DNA of 64,000 nucleotides from Octopus sinensis (taxonomy: Eukaryota): contig NC_042997.1 of assembly GCF_006345805.1 (NCBI RefSeq), forward strand, positions 82,832,001 through 82,896,000, in the 5' to 3' direction. The notes beneath the pieces were generated by a model. It was not told the DNA's origin. It made no database searches and saw only the letters and a list, made by a program, of their open reading frames with translations. Made by a program: the position numbers and the translations under genes. Shown here piece after piece: positions 1-12,225 of the stretch. Numbering within the stretch: position 1 is the stretch's first letter; each line of letters begins with the position of its first letter.

Positions 1-236
1 AAACCTCAAAGAATCTCTCTCAACTAATGGCTATGATGCTCCCCCACAGTCACTAACTGATATGCTCAAGTGGTTATGGTCAAACAACTAACAAGCAGTA
101 ACTCTATTAAGGGTCGTAGGAATTGTGAGAGAAAATATGATATTTCGAACATGCAACCACATATCAGAGACATGACAGAAACAACAGCACTCGAGTACAT
201 TGAAACTGAAAAAGTCCTTAATGCTCACATGGGGAT

Positions 237-1596
237 GTGAGTATCATTCTCCAGTCTGTGAAACGCACAGCGAACAGTTTCATAACTACCAACAATGAAA
301 TCCCACCCCTATATGGCCTTCGAAAAGATCATAAGAGCCACATGGATCGTATACTTGGGCCACCTACCCGACCTTTTTGTGGTGCCAACAATGCAAACAA
401 CCACAAAATATATTTTCTCTCACAATTCCTACGACCCTTAATAGAGTTATCTGCGGATGTGATAGTACTGAAGACCTCCTTAGCAGGATCCGCGAATGCA
501 ACAACACATGTAACCTCAGTGACTACATCGTAGGTAGCATGGATGTAGTATCACTATATCCTTCCATTGATGTAGACTTTACTGTCGAAAAATGTATAGA
601 GATAATTAGTGAGAGTAATATGATATTTAAAACTGTGGACGTATATGAACTAGGGCTCTTCCTGGCCCTGACTTATACCGATGAATATCTGTCACACAAT
701 AATCTTTTATATGTTTGTCCCACCCGTAACAAACGAGGTAGACCACCTACCATTACCTCAGTATACAAAAAGACCCACTGTGAACGCTGGACGAAGCCAG
801 ACTACCCACCTTCAGATGCACACGACATCAGAACTACTATCGCACATGCTATCGGTATCAGCCTTAGAACTACGCTTAAAACCCATATTTTTAAGTTTAA
901 CAACAAACTGTATAAACAGACAAAAGGCGGTGCTATTGGAGTAGGGATTGCCGGTGATGTTGCTAACCTCTTCATGGTATGGTGGGACAGACATTTTAAA
1001 CAGTGCCTAGCTACCTGTAACATCCACTTAGCTATGTACTCTCGATACGTTGACGACATTAACCTTGTGAAACGTAATAGTAATACAGACACAGATATAG
1101 ACTCTCTACTACATGAAGAACAGGTGATGACAGCTATACAACACATAGCTGACTCTATCCATAGCAGTATAAAAGTTACTGTAGACTACTCCTCTAAACA
1201 CCCCAGTAATAGATTACCTGTCCTAGATACTGAGCTGTGGATAGAAAATACTATGGTTAACGGTACTGTTAAACCCTGTTTACTCTATTCACATTATTGT
1301 AAACCTATGGCTAATCCACTGGTAATTCGTAGTGACTCAGCGATGTCGAGTACTACCAAGCTCAGCATCCTAGTGGCAGACTTAGAGTAATGAAGAATGT
1401 ATCCCCACTATGCCAACCACAAGGACGACAACAACACATCCAGCACTACATATACCGAATGCAACGTTCTGGATACACACAATACGATAGAATCAGAGTG
1501 TACAAAGGAGCGAAAACAAGATTCGAACGCATTCTAAGAAATGACGAAAACGGTATATGTCCCCCCTATACTGCAACAAGTTCTGGAATAGGTTAG
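237..1596 (+). pseudogene. PLE reverse transcriptase, frameshifted
   Basis: RT motifs DVVSLYP, QxxGxxxG and YVDD; frame changes near 500 and 1390. Confidence 0.85.
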
Positions 1597-2168
1597 AGAG
1601 GGACACCAATAAAAGAAATAAAACCAATACTTGGTATGATAACAAGAAATTTCACAATGTAATGTTTGTTGACGCCACACCGAAGAACAAATTAAGTAAG
1701 GCATTTAAGAAAATCCTGCGCACAACTGGCCTTAAGATCAAATTTGTAGAAAATACAGGTAGGACTATCAAATCTGTATCATATCTATTTGATAGAATCA
1801 CTTGTCAAAATAATTGTGCAGTATGTTCTACATATCCACATGTGAACTGCAAAACCAAGAGCACTGTATACCAAATTAAGTGCCAAGAAGGAGCTTGCGC
1901 GACCAACCCAGGGTCATACATAGGTGAGTCTTCTATGAGTATCAATGATTGGTTCAAAGAACACCTGGACAACTACATTAAAAAGAAACCAAACTTCATC
2001 TTCTATCAGAATGCTGTAGACTGCCACAAGGGCTCCTTAGGGAGACTTAAGTTAAACATCTTATTCACACATCCCACTGATGCAATTCTGAGACAGGTCA
2101 CTGAAGTTGTCTGTATACAAGAATACAAACCTACTCTCAACCGAAAATCCGAATGGGGTAACATCTAG
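1557..2168 (+). pseudogene. PLE linker + GIY-YIG endonuclease
   Basis: CQNNCAVC...C then STVYQIKC...YIGES motif pair. Confidence 0.8.
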
Positions 2169-2186
2169 ATTCCACTCAGGAGTCAC

Positions 2187-2395
2187 CATCATCATCATCG
2201 TTTAACGTCCGTTTTCCATGCTAGCATGGGTTGGACGGTTCAACTGGGGTCTGGGAAGCCAGAAGGCTGCGCCAGGCCCAGTCTGATCTGGCAGTGTTTC
2301 TACGGCTGGATGCCCTTCCTAACGCCAACCACTCCGTGAGTGTAGTGGGTGCTTTTTACGTGCCACCTGCACAGTACCATTCTATAACCACCCCT
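2187..2395 (-). mobile_element. Short retroposon (RTE-tail-like/SINE) with (ATG)n tail
   Basis: (CAT)n run then a ~200 bp body nearly identical to the copy at 11549..11800 (ggctggatgcccttcctaacgccaacc). Strand is inferred from the tail. Confidence 0.7.
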
Positions 2396-2427
2396 CTCTC
2401 TCATTTACATGTGGTAATCCATACATA

Positions 2428-3714
2428 CGAGGGACGTTCAATAAGTAATGCCCCTGACCCACTTGCAGTTGTTTGACCTAGCTGAAATTTTGCATGTGCA
2501 ATTATTTATATCTCTATAGATTAAGTGGCAAATTACAGCTCTGAACTAATTGTGGTTTCTGATTTACAGGTGTTTGAACTGAGTCAAGTGTGAAATGGAG
2601 CCTGTTGAGTGTCGAGCAGTGATCCGGTTTTTGTATTTGAAAGGACGCACACCACGGGAGACTTTTGATGAAATGAAAGAAACTTATGGTGATGATGCCC
2701 CATCATATGACCTTGTAAAACGCTGGCATCGTGAATTCAAACATGGTCGGAACTCTGCGGAAACAGCTCCCAGATCTGGTCGCCCCCCTTCTGCCATTGA
2801 TGAGGCATCTGTCCGTCAAGTTGAGGCTGCCATTTTGGAAGATCGACGCATAACTATTCGCCAAATAGGCCATGAGGTCAAGATTAGTACCGGGTCTGTG
2901 GAAACTATCATTCATGACCATTTGCATATGCAAAAGGTGTCTGCCAGATGAATTCCCAGGCTGCTCACACCTTTCCAGAAGCAAGAACGCGTTGAGTGCT
3001 CGAGGATGAATTTGGAGATGTGCCAAGAAGATGAGTCAAAATTTTTCAAAAGACTGATTACACAGGATGAAACCTGGATCCATCACTATGATCCAGAGAC
3101 CAAAGCTCAGTCAATGCAGTGGAAGCACCGTGACTCACCTCCTCCAAAGAAGGCAAGGGTGCAGCCCTCCACTGGCAAGGTCATGCTCACAGTCTTCTGG
3201 GACCAGGACGGAGTAGTGACGACAGATTTCCTGGCAAAGGGTATCACAATTACAGGATCCTATTATGCTTCACTTTTGAGGAAATTAAGCTATCAAAATC
3301 AAGAGGCGGGGCAAGATCAGCAAAGGCATCCTCCTCCTGCAGAACAATGCTCCGGTCCACAACTCGCCTGTCACCAGATCAGAAGCATGGGCGTGCAGCT
3401 ATAAACTCCTCCCCCATCCCCCCTACTCTCCTGACCTTGCACCCTCTGATTTTCACCTCTTTCCAGCCATGAAGTTGTTTTTGAAAGGAAAGCGTTTCCC
3501 AGATGATGCGGCCTTGATTTCTGAAGTCACGTCGTGGTTGGAGGACCAAGCTGGGGTCTTCTACAAAATCGGTCTCCAGAGTTGCATCAAACTATGGGAG
3601 AAATGCGTAACTCTGGGTGGTTCCTATGTAGAAAAAGACTAATAACTGTGCCAAGTTTCGTTGCTCTACTGCTATGGGAAGTGGGTCAGGGACATTACTT
3701 ATTGAACGCCCTCG
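2428..3714 (+). mobile_element. Full-length mariner transposon (1287 bp), defective
   Basis: TIRs cgaggg(a)cgttcaataagtaatg(c/t)ccctgacccactt at both ends; TA duplication at 2426-2427 and 3715-3716. Confidence 0.95.
2595..3640 (+). pseudogene. Mariner transposase pseudogene
   Basis: HTH region (PRSGRP); TGA at 2949-2951 replaces W of WIPRLL; ITQDETW; HPPYSPDLAPSDF in a shifted frame. Confidence 0.92.
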
Positions 3715-4191
3715 TACATGTTGAAATGCGTTATACTAAAATACATATATGCAGTTATATATAACCGTATGAGCGTACATTGTTTGATACGCATGTACGT
3801 ATGTGTAGATGTATATGTGTGTGTATGTGTTGTGTATGTTAGTGTATAAGTATGTACATGCATGCACATATGAGTATGTGTAGATATATGTATGTATTGT
3901 ATATGTATGCATGTAAAAAAAAAAGAATAAATAAAATAAAATAAAGCAAATTTGAATTTTAACCGTTGTCCTTGAAAAGAGTGTCATATATGTGTGTGTG
4001 TATGTATGTATGTATGTAGAGACGGATAAGTGTATATGTGTGTATACTTTAAAATTATACGTATATTTGTGATTATGTGTATGTGTCTATATGATTGTGT
4101 GTACTTGTATATATGTATAAGATTATATGTGTATATCTGTATCTAAGACGTTGTATCCATTCACCAGACGGTGGTGAGAGGGACAAACGCT

Positions 4192-4222
<31 letters not shown>

Positions 4223-4767
4223 GTGTGTGTGTGTCTATATACATGTATATGTGTGTATATATACAACCTTCAACAAAGTAACAGTCATGTATACAACTTG
4301 AGCTGACACATATCAGTACATAAACATACGTTCACATGTACATACACATGTACACACACACAGACACGTCTACACACTCTCCTATATACTCTCATACATA
4401 CGTAAGTACATACGTACATACATACATACATGCGTATAGGCATGCACACATGCATGCACACATACATGTACACACATACATACATACGCACATACATACA
4501 CACACACTCACACACACGCGCGCACGCGCGTACATATATATCATGACCTAACTGTTACTTTCTCAGATGCAGCACGGAATTTTGTCTGAACAGGTTGCGG
4601 TCTCAAAGCGCCGAAAATATTTTGACAAATTAAATTTAAATGTAGAAGTGAATCTAATGGTTTTTGTGTGTTTCTTAAATGGCTTATAAACACCTTCCAC
4701 GCTGCAATTGTTTTCGTTCCAGCACACGATCTCAGATCAGGTCACTTGCTATACAAGTACATCTCCG

Positions 4768-4806
<39 letters not shown>

Positions 4807-5891
4807 CACATGGATATATATATACACATTAAAAGTGAAACTATTGAAAGTGAAACTTTATAACTATTACTCCGTTGAAGGTGTCACTTTTATTCTTTGA
4901 GCTTTGAGATATAATACGGAACCAGTTTCAATGTTGCATTGTTTTAATCCCTCAAAATTACATGTTGACACTCATGGGGTCTCATAGTGTTACTATGTAA
5001 AATTTGATTTGATTTGGTTGAGCCCTTTGCAAATGCATTGGGAACAGACAGAAATACAAAGGATTTTATTTATACACTAGCAGAATTGCTCGGGGCTGAA
5101 TTGCTTGAAAGTACTGTTAATGATTGCACTGAATTATGATGATTATTCAGGCAAATATTGATATAAGTTTACGGCGAATGAATGTATTTGTAAGTGTATA
5201 GAAAGTCGTGTAAAGGTGTTCCTACCCCCTCGTAGAATGGTGTAAGAATTGAATGCGAGGTTGCCTTGAAAAGAGCCATGTTATTGTTCTCATAATTGTA
5301 AGAATTTGATAGTCGTGGAAGGCGATGTAAAACGTTCGCAGGTGAATAGGGTCTCTTCGTTTTGCACGAACGGCAGCGGATGTGCTGTTACAAAACTTGA
5401 TGCTGTGTTAAAAGAGAGTGGATTTCATATGTAGGCAAGAGAGGAATGAAGCATGGGTAAGAAAATATGTGTAATTTATAAAATATAGAACAATAGCATC
5501 TACTCACCATATGTCAGACCGGCAAGACTGTAGTGGTGCTGATTAGGTGAATCACAATACAGTGGTGGAGATGTTTTCATTGATGGGCGTTTTGATTAAA
5601 TCTGTTGTATAAAATGATCTGTTGATTAGTTTCGAAAGTGTATCTTGCGATCGTGTTGTCGCTCATGTAAACTTTAAGAGTGAGAGTGTAGATGTGTCAT
5701 GTACGTTGGATATAGAAGATGAGGCTGGTGGTTTGATGATGAATGGATAGAAATAGAGTTGAGCGAAGGACAGGTGTTGGTTAAGTGTGAATTAATGTTA
5801 TGAAACGCCTAGAAATGTAAATGCCGTCATAAAAGAGAGTCGTATGTAAGTGAAATACTAACGTGATTGAAAATGATGAAACGTAGTAAAC

Positions 5892-7553
5892 CTATAAAAC
5901 CTCCTTGTACACAAAGTTTTTTGTTTTTCGTTGTGGAAGGAATGCGAAAGCATCACTGTTGCTGCCGACACGCGAGCAGCCAACATAAAGTTGACCATGA
6001 GAGAAACGTGGCTCTCCCAAATGTATTCCTGCCACAGACAGTGTTTGACCCTGCGCTTTGTTTATTGACATTGCGAAACATGGCCTTACTGGGAACTGGG
6101 ACCTCCGAAATATGAAAGGTAGGTCTGTTCCTGATGGGAAAAGATGCATCCTAGGTATGAGCACAACGTTGCCTTGACCGCACCCTGTGATAATGGTGGC
6201 CTCAATCAGATTGGGAGATAAGGACTTAACGATCAAACGTGTGCCATTACATTGTTTTGGGGGAACCAAATTTCTAATGAGCATTATAGGGGCACCAACT
6301 TTAAGTTTGAGAATGTGTGGTGGTAATCCGGGGGGCTCAAAGGAATTGAGTACCTCTATTGGATAATTGATGACGTCGTCTGGGTCAGGAGTTGTATCGA
6401 TAGACTTATATACATAGACATCCCCAGGAATGAGTTTTAGCATTTCATCATTAATATGGTGAACAGTTTTATTCCTCGGGGCCAGAATAGCCCTTTGGCC
6501 AATCCAATCCATATTCTGATAATTAGCTTGTAGATCTGGGAATACTGCATCGCTGAGATCAGAAGGCGTGTTAACAATGGTACAAATGGAATTGATGGCA
6601 ATATTACCATTTTCATCCCCTGGTATTTTGCCTTCGCCAAGTGCAAGGAGGGTGTGAGAAAATGCTGCTGATGTGATATCACGTCGCATATGAGCACGCA
6701 TATTGGTGTGAAGTTTGAGAGTCTTCACCAGTGGCCACAATGTGGATGACTTAAGACACGCACTTACAGCATCAGCTCTAGTCTCTTTGGGAATAATGGG
6801 AAGTGTTTGTCGGAAGTCCCCTGAAAGAAGAAGTGTTATGCCTCCCATGGGAGCTGAAGAGTGTTTGATGTCTCTGAGAGATCTATCTAGTGCCTCAAGA
6901 GCACCTCTGTGGGCCATCGTGCATTCATCCCAAACGATAAGCTTGCATCGTCTGAAGACTTCTGCCTGATCGGAGCTGTTACTGATGTTGCAAGTTGGTG
7001 TCTCAGTCTTCGCTAAGTCAAGTGGGAGTTTGAAAGTAGAGTGAGCTGTCCTGCTTCCTGGCAACAAAGTAGCCGCAATTCCAGATGATGCCACAGCTAG
7101 GGCAATGCCTTGTGTTCGCCTAATCTCAGCCAATATTAATTTGTTGACAAAAGTTTTCCCAGTGCCCCCAGGAGCGTCCAGGAAAAAAATGTCCCCAGCT
7201 TTGGCCCGGACTGAATTAACAACGGAGTTGTAAGCGAACTTCTGTTCTGGAATGAGCTTTGGCTCATTGTCGGCTATGTACTCGGCAAGCTCGTCAACAT
7301 TAAAACATGTCTCACGCAGCAAATGTGAAGACAGAGTGTTTGTGCCTTCCCGGTTTGTTGAAGGTAGGCCATAGACCGGCAAGGCACTACCGCCCATATC
7401 GAGTACAGTATCTTCGATTTCAAGCAGCGCCCTGTTGTAAATGAGGTCAGTGTACCCGACCTCCATTGATGGATGTAGCGATTGAGCGTGACGCAGGAAA
7501 TCTTCAGACATATCATCTTTGTAGGTAAGCCATAAAGAGGCGGGATTAGCCAA
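5892..7553 (-). pseudogene. Helitron PIF1-family (SF1B) helicase domain
   Basis: DAPGGTGKTF, VWDECTM, GDFRQTLP, FAMSINKAQGQTL, HGQLYVGCSRV, KNFVYKEVL. Confidence 0.95.
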
Positions 7554-7554
7554 G

Positions 7555-9357
7555 TCACACCATAGTAATAGAATAGCGAAAAGCGATCTGATTTTTTTTA
7601 GGAGATTTTAATGAAACACCTTCTGCCATAGTGGCGCCCCATTGTGAATCATCCCCCAAAAGTCGACGCCGAAAACAGGCTTCACGGAAAGTATCACATA
7701 ATACACCATCAACAGTTCTGATGTCTTGAAAACTTTGTGGGCCTAAAACCTCATGGAGGAGAAGGCGCAGGTGAAAACAGTCATGTTGGTTTGGAGGTAC
7801 AGTGTAGACTCTTCCTAGACAACTGTTAAACTTGACACCAGGATGTCCTTCAACATCCTGACCCGACTTCCTACGCACCCAATTGTTGTTTGACCACACG
7901 TAGTAGGACGGGACCTGAGGGTATAAAAGTGTTTTAGCAAATGTGTCAAGTTGGCAAAGCCTAAAGAAACCGGTCAAAGTTGTTTGTTTTGGATTTGCCG
8001 CCAAATCAGCTGCAGTCTGTTCAGTAAAGTAAGTTCGTTGGCCATTTTCCAAATGAACCGCTAGTTGTATGATGGCGGGGTGCCTTTGGTGAAGTGGAAA
8101 CCCGAATATCCGCCAAAAAGCTTCACCACTGCTTATGTACCGATCTGCCATGTACTGTGACACCTCGTCCATGCTATTGTCCTTTTGAAGGCCAAACATG
8201 GCAGCGTCAGAACCCTTGTTAACATATTTACATATATACTTTATAGACTTGACTGAATGACAGAACTCCACATTTATGTGAGCGTTAAAAGTTTTCATCA
8301 GAAATGGACAGTACGGCACTACCCACCTATTATCCACTTGATGACCCCGTAACGTTATAGTGAATCCACCATTGTCAGGATGCCTTCTTCTGTACAGTGG
8401 GTATCCGTCGCGGCCGGTCTGGGACTTGTCCACGAACCTCTTTGGGTACCGTTTAGTGCACACGTGGTCTTTGTGGCATGAGGAGAACTTTTGAAAACCA
8501 GGACCGCACGGACCGTGTACCATGTGTGCCTTCACAATGTCGTACAGCTGCCGGTCAACAGTTGGGTCCGGAATTTCTGCTGCAATGAGATCATCAAGAA
8601 CTGTTGGGTCTATTTTGTTGACCAACCAAAGCAAAATGTGCGCGTGTGGCAACCCTCTTTTCTGCCACTCAACAGTATACATGTGGCAGTTAACAGGCCC
8701 CAAAACCTGGCCTTTTTTTATTAAAAGAATGAGCTTAGCCAGTTTCTGCCTGAAAACCCTTGCAATAATATCATGGCGATGACAGTACTGCTGCCCTGGG
8801 AGAAGTTCTCGCGTTACCTCAACCCACTTTGGGTTACATGTAAAGGTAATGAATAAATCGGGTCGCCCATAATGCCGAACGTAAGTCATAGCGTCTTGTG
8901 TTCGCTCGTGCATGTACCGTGGGCCCCCTGTATAGGTTGAGGGGAGAATGCACATTTTGCCGATATTGCGGGCGTCAGTGTCATTCCTGATGCCATCACG
9001 CAAATGGATGTAGGAGTCTGAGCGCAGCTGCTTCTGATTCAATTTGATGAAGCCCAGTCTCTCGGACTCCATCTTTGCAGCCATGTCAACTGCAAACTGG
9101 TGAAACAGTTCCCGTGATCTGTGCAGGGGGTTGAAATCATTATGCCTTGTCATGAAGCGGTATGAGTAAAAAGCCATACATGAAACAGTTTTAGATGTCG
9201 CAGCCGAGGGCTCGTTTGGTTTGTGGTGAGGAATGCCGAAATGGTACCCGTCTTCTCCATACGGAAAAAGAAGGGGATACTGCAGGGCGTCATATGACCG
9301 ATGCGTCTCATTAATACGCTGAAAACCACTGTCGCGGCTTTGAAGAACTATGTCCCG
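7555..9357 (-). pseudogene. Helitron Rep (HUH endonuclease) domain
   Basis: PDLFITFTCNPKW (motif 1), VEWQKRGLPHAHILLW (HUH motif 2), KYICKYVNKG (motif 3). Confidence 0.95.
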
Positions 9358-10320
9358 CTACTTGTGCTGTTCACCATGGAGAACTATGGCCACTTCATTG
9401 CACGAAGGAGCGTTATATCGCCGCGCGTGCTCCCCAGAAGGCCTTTTGTCAGCATCGATGACAATGGTGAATGTTGGTGAAGGGGCTGTTTCCAAGGCGT
9501 ATTTGAAACTGCGAATATAGCTGTTGTGGTCATGAAGCATGTTTTTCAGAGTGAGCAGCACGTCCCTGTCGAAATTGTCAGCGTCAGTGTTTGCAGGTTG
9601 TGGAATTACGTCGAAACGCAAATCAAGTTGCCTATTGTAATTTGTAATGAAATAAATTTGAAGGAACGAAGGTTTGCAATTTTGTAGTGGCTGGAGTGAC
9701 CCAATAAGGTGGTACACCTGGCCCTGGACCTTGAAAGTAGGCATCCAACCAGTTTCTCTGACAACGTTAGCCCCGAAAGAAGTCATCTGAAATGCACAAT
9801 TGTATTTCCTGATGAGTTGAAGGAATTTTGATGACCTTGAGGTGGAACCAGTAAGTAATTCCTTCAAAGGGTCTGGCAGCTCCCGAAGAGGGGGCAAGCT
9901 GACCTTACCGTTTAAGCAGCACATCGCAGGTGGTTCCCCAGCCCACTTTTTAGCATTGCAGAATTGGCAATTGAAGCACATTTCCCCAATATTTATGTCA
10001 GCGTGCATCGAGTAATTGAAGTTGGGCTCATACTTGAAAGCACGTAGATGCCAGTAAGGTGTGTTTGGACTCGTCAGACCGCGGCGTCGACTGTTCCGCT
10101 GGAATGTAGAACGTTGCTGGTCTGAGTCGTGGGAATGTGTCAAAAATGTTGAAGCAGCAGTAGCCGCAGCGTTTGTAGCCAGTCGAGTGGCCCTTTGTTG
10201 TGGGTCCTCTGAAGCCCTTTGTGCAGCAACAGCAGAAGCGTTTATGGCGCTGAGCTTCGCCCTTTTCGCCGCTGCTGCTGCAGTATGGCGGCCGAGGCGA
10301 CTTCTCTTTTTCGGTGGCAT
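9358..10320 (-). pseudogene. Helitron RepHel N-terminal part (Ala-rich repeat, Cys cluster, Helitron N domain)
   Basis: CQFCNAKKW...CCLNGK and IRKYNCAFQMTSFG. TAG at 9358-9360 is followed in frame by RDIVL...YDALQYPLLFPYGEDG. Confidence 0.9.
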
Positions 10321-11249
10321 TTTATGTGAAAAAGAAAGGGTGAAAGTTACTTAAAGATAGAAATTGTAATTTGAATGAAATGTGGAAAAATGTAAACCTT
10401 GGAAGGAAAAGAAATAAATATTAGCAGCTGAAAGAAATTTTTTATGCAAGTATAGCGACAGAGTGTGTAAAATGTATAGAAATTTGAGTTAAAAGCCATA
10501 AAAGAAAGTTAGATTTGCAAGAAAGGAAGTAGTTTACGTACATGTTCGAAATGTGAAGTGTTTTAGTTGTTTAATCAAATATTTGCGTAAAGTGTATAGA
10601 AACGTAAATTGAAAAAGAAAATGAATTGAAATTTTTAAGAAAGGAATTTGTTTACATACATCCGAAATGGAACCAGGGTAAATGTGTGGAACTGATGTAT
10701 TATAATGAATAGTCCTTCTTGAACTGAAAACCAGTGGTGTAGCATATAAGAGCATAAGGGATCTTCTTCTAGCCGAAATGGATGACCAGTCTGAATGGCT
10801 CACCCCGGTCACACACACACACACACACACAGACAGACACGCACACACACATATACACACACACACACACACACGTTAGCTTACAATGTCTGTCAACAAT
10901 TGACACTGTCGTATATATTAGCGTGTCTATGTGTCTAAAGAGGAAGTGGGAGTAATAGGCAGAGTAAAGGCTTCAAAGTGAAAGAGTGAAATGTTAAAAT
11001 ATTGAGTTTTCTCGAATTTTGTCTTAATTGGGGGTGAAATTGAAAGAAATTTTGTATGGCATGACCGAATGGAAGTACTTGTAAAAATCATAGGTAAACT
11101 GTAATTGAAGAAATTGTGTGAGGAGTAAATCGTTATGTATTTATTTGTTTCTGTTTGCTGTTTTTTTTTTTTTGAGTAGTGTTGTAAGGTACACTTGCAA
11201 AGAGAAAGTAGGAGAAATTAGGGTGATAGTATGAGTGAAGCAGTTCGCT

Positions 11250-11296
<47 letters not shown>

Positions 11297-11548
11297 AGCC
11301 CACACTAAGAAAAGCACTTCACTTACACACCACAATGTGAGTTTTCTCGAAATTTTGCTTAATTGGGGGTGAAATTTGAAAAACTGTACCTGGCACGACC
11401 CGATGTATTCTACTCTTAAAAATGCTAGGTAAATTGTAATTGAAGAAATCCTATATTGTAGATTTCTATAAGAGACAAAGGGAGGCAGATAAAATCTGCC
11501 TTTTATAATAAGAGATACATATAGATTACACAAACTGTGCAATACTGT

Positions 11549-11800
11549 ATCATCATCATCATCATCATTTAGCGTCCGCTTTCCATGCTAGCATGGGTTG
11601 GACTGTTCAACTGGGGTCTGGGAAGCCAGAAGGCTGCATCAGGCCCAGTCTGATCTGGAAGTGTTTCTACGGCTGGATGCCCTTCCTAACGCCAACCACT
11701 CTGTGAGTGTAGTGGGTGCTTTTTACGTGCCACCCGCACAGGTGCCAGACGGGGCTGGAAAATGGCCACGGACGGATGGTGCTTTTTACGTGCCACCAGC
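11549..11800 (-). mobile_element. Second copy of the RTE-tail-like/SINE retroposon
   Basis: (CAT)n tail and near identity to 2187..2395; the tttttacgtgccacc motif occurs twice. Confidence 0.7.
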
Positions 11801-12225
11801 ACTGTATATTTAATATAAATCTGAATTTTCCATTTTAGTATGCTTGAAACACTCAAGATATTTTTTCCTATCAGATGAATACAAGTGGTTGTTTGGGTGT
11901 ACGTTTTCTCTTCCTGAGAGGTATTTTAAAGTTCATTTTCACTGCTCATGCCACATGTTTAGTGGTAAGGGCATATAAACAAAAGGTTGTTGAAAAGTTA
12001 CTGGCACAAAAAAAAAATGTCTTTTTTTTATATATTCCATCATCTATTATTGTGAACCATTCACTCATCACATTTTAAAAAGATTATGTAGATTATTATT
12101 GTCCATATTTAATGGTGATCAGTTTATGGATGTTTCTAATGCAGCACAGTGCAGTGTTTGTGTGTATGCGTTTGTGCATGCATGTGTTTGTAAGTTTGGC
12201 TATCTGCATGTCTCTTCATCTAGAC

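Larger units (their letters stand above)
1..2168 (+). mobile_element. Degenerate Penelope-like retroelement (RT + GIY-YIG endonuclease), 5' part outside window or lost
   Basis: Overlapping frameshifted ORFs 237..533 (LYGLRKDHK...PPTRP), 377..1390 (GSMDVVSLYPSI, YKQTKGGAIG, YSRYVDDI, LPVLDTELW), 1390..1596 and 1557..2168 (Cys cluster then VYQIKC...SYIGES...FKEH, ending LNRKSEWG). RT followed directly by GIY-YIG is the PLE domain order. Confidence 0.88.
5077..11515 (-). mobile_element. Helitron, autonomous-type, near intact (~6.44 kb)
   Basis: On - strand begins A|TC (GA at 11514-11515) and ends CTAG|T (5077-5080); encloses the Rep-helicase ORFs. Confidence 0.88.

Noticed and set aside
3736-4551. 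ORFs rich in Y/I/H/T/V/C/M (also 22203-22506, 45502-45955, 49067-50022, 51784-52079, 56883-57475)
   Set aside because: They are translations of TA/CA/TACA/ATCT microsatellites, not proteins.
4830-4860. aaagtgaaact x2, resembling an interferon-stimulated response element
   Set aside because: It lies in a repeat-like AT-rich segment next to a Helitron end; no linked gene or other support.
10061-10354. + strand ORFs over the Helitron, LINE, PLE and mariner (e.g. 6437, 8491, 15905, 802, 2703, 40650)
   Set aside because: Antisense shadows of transposon coding sequence.
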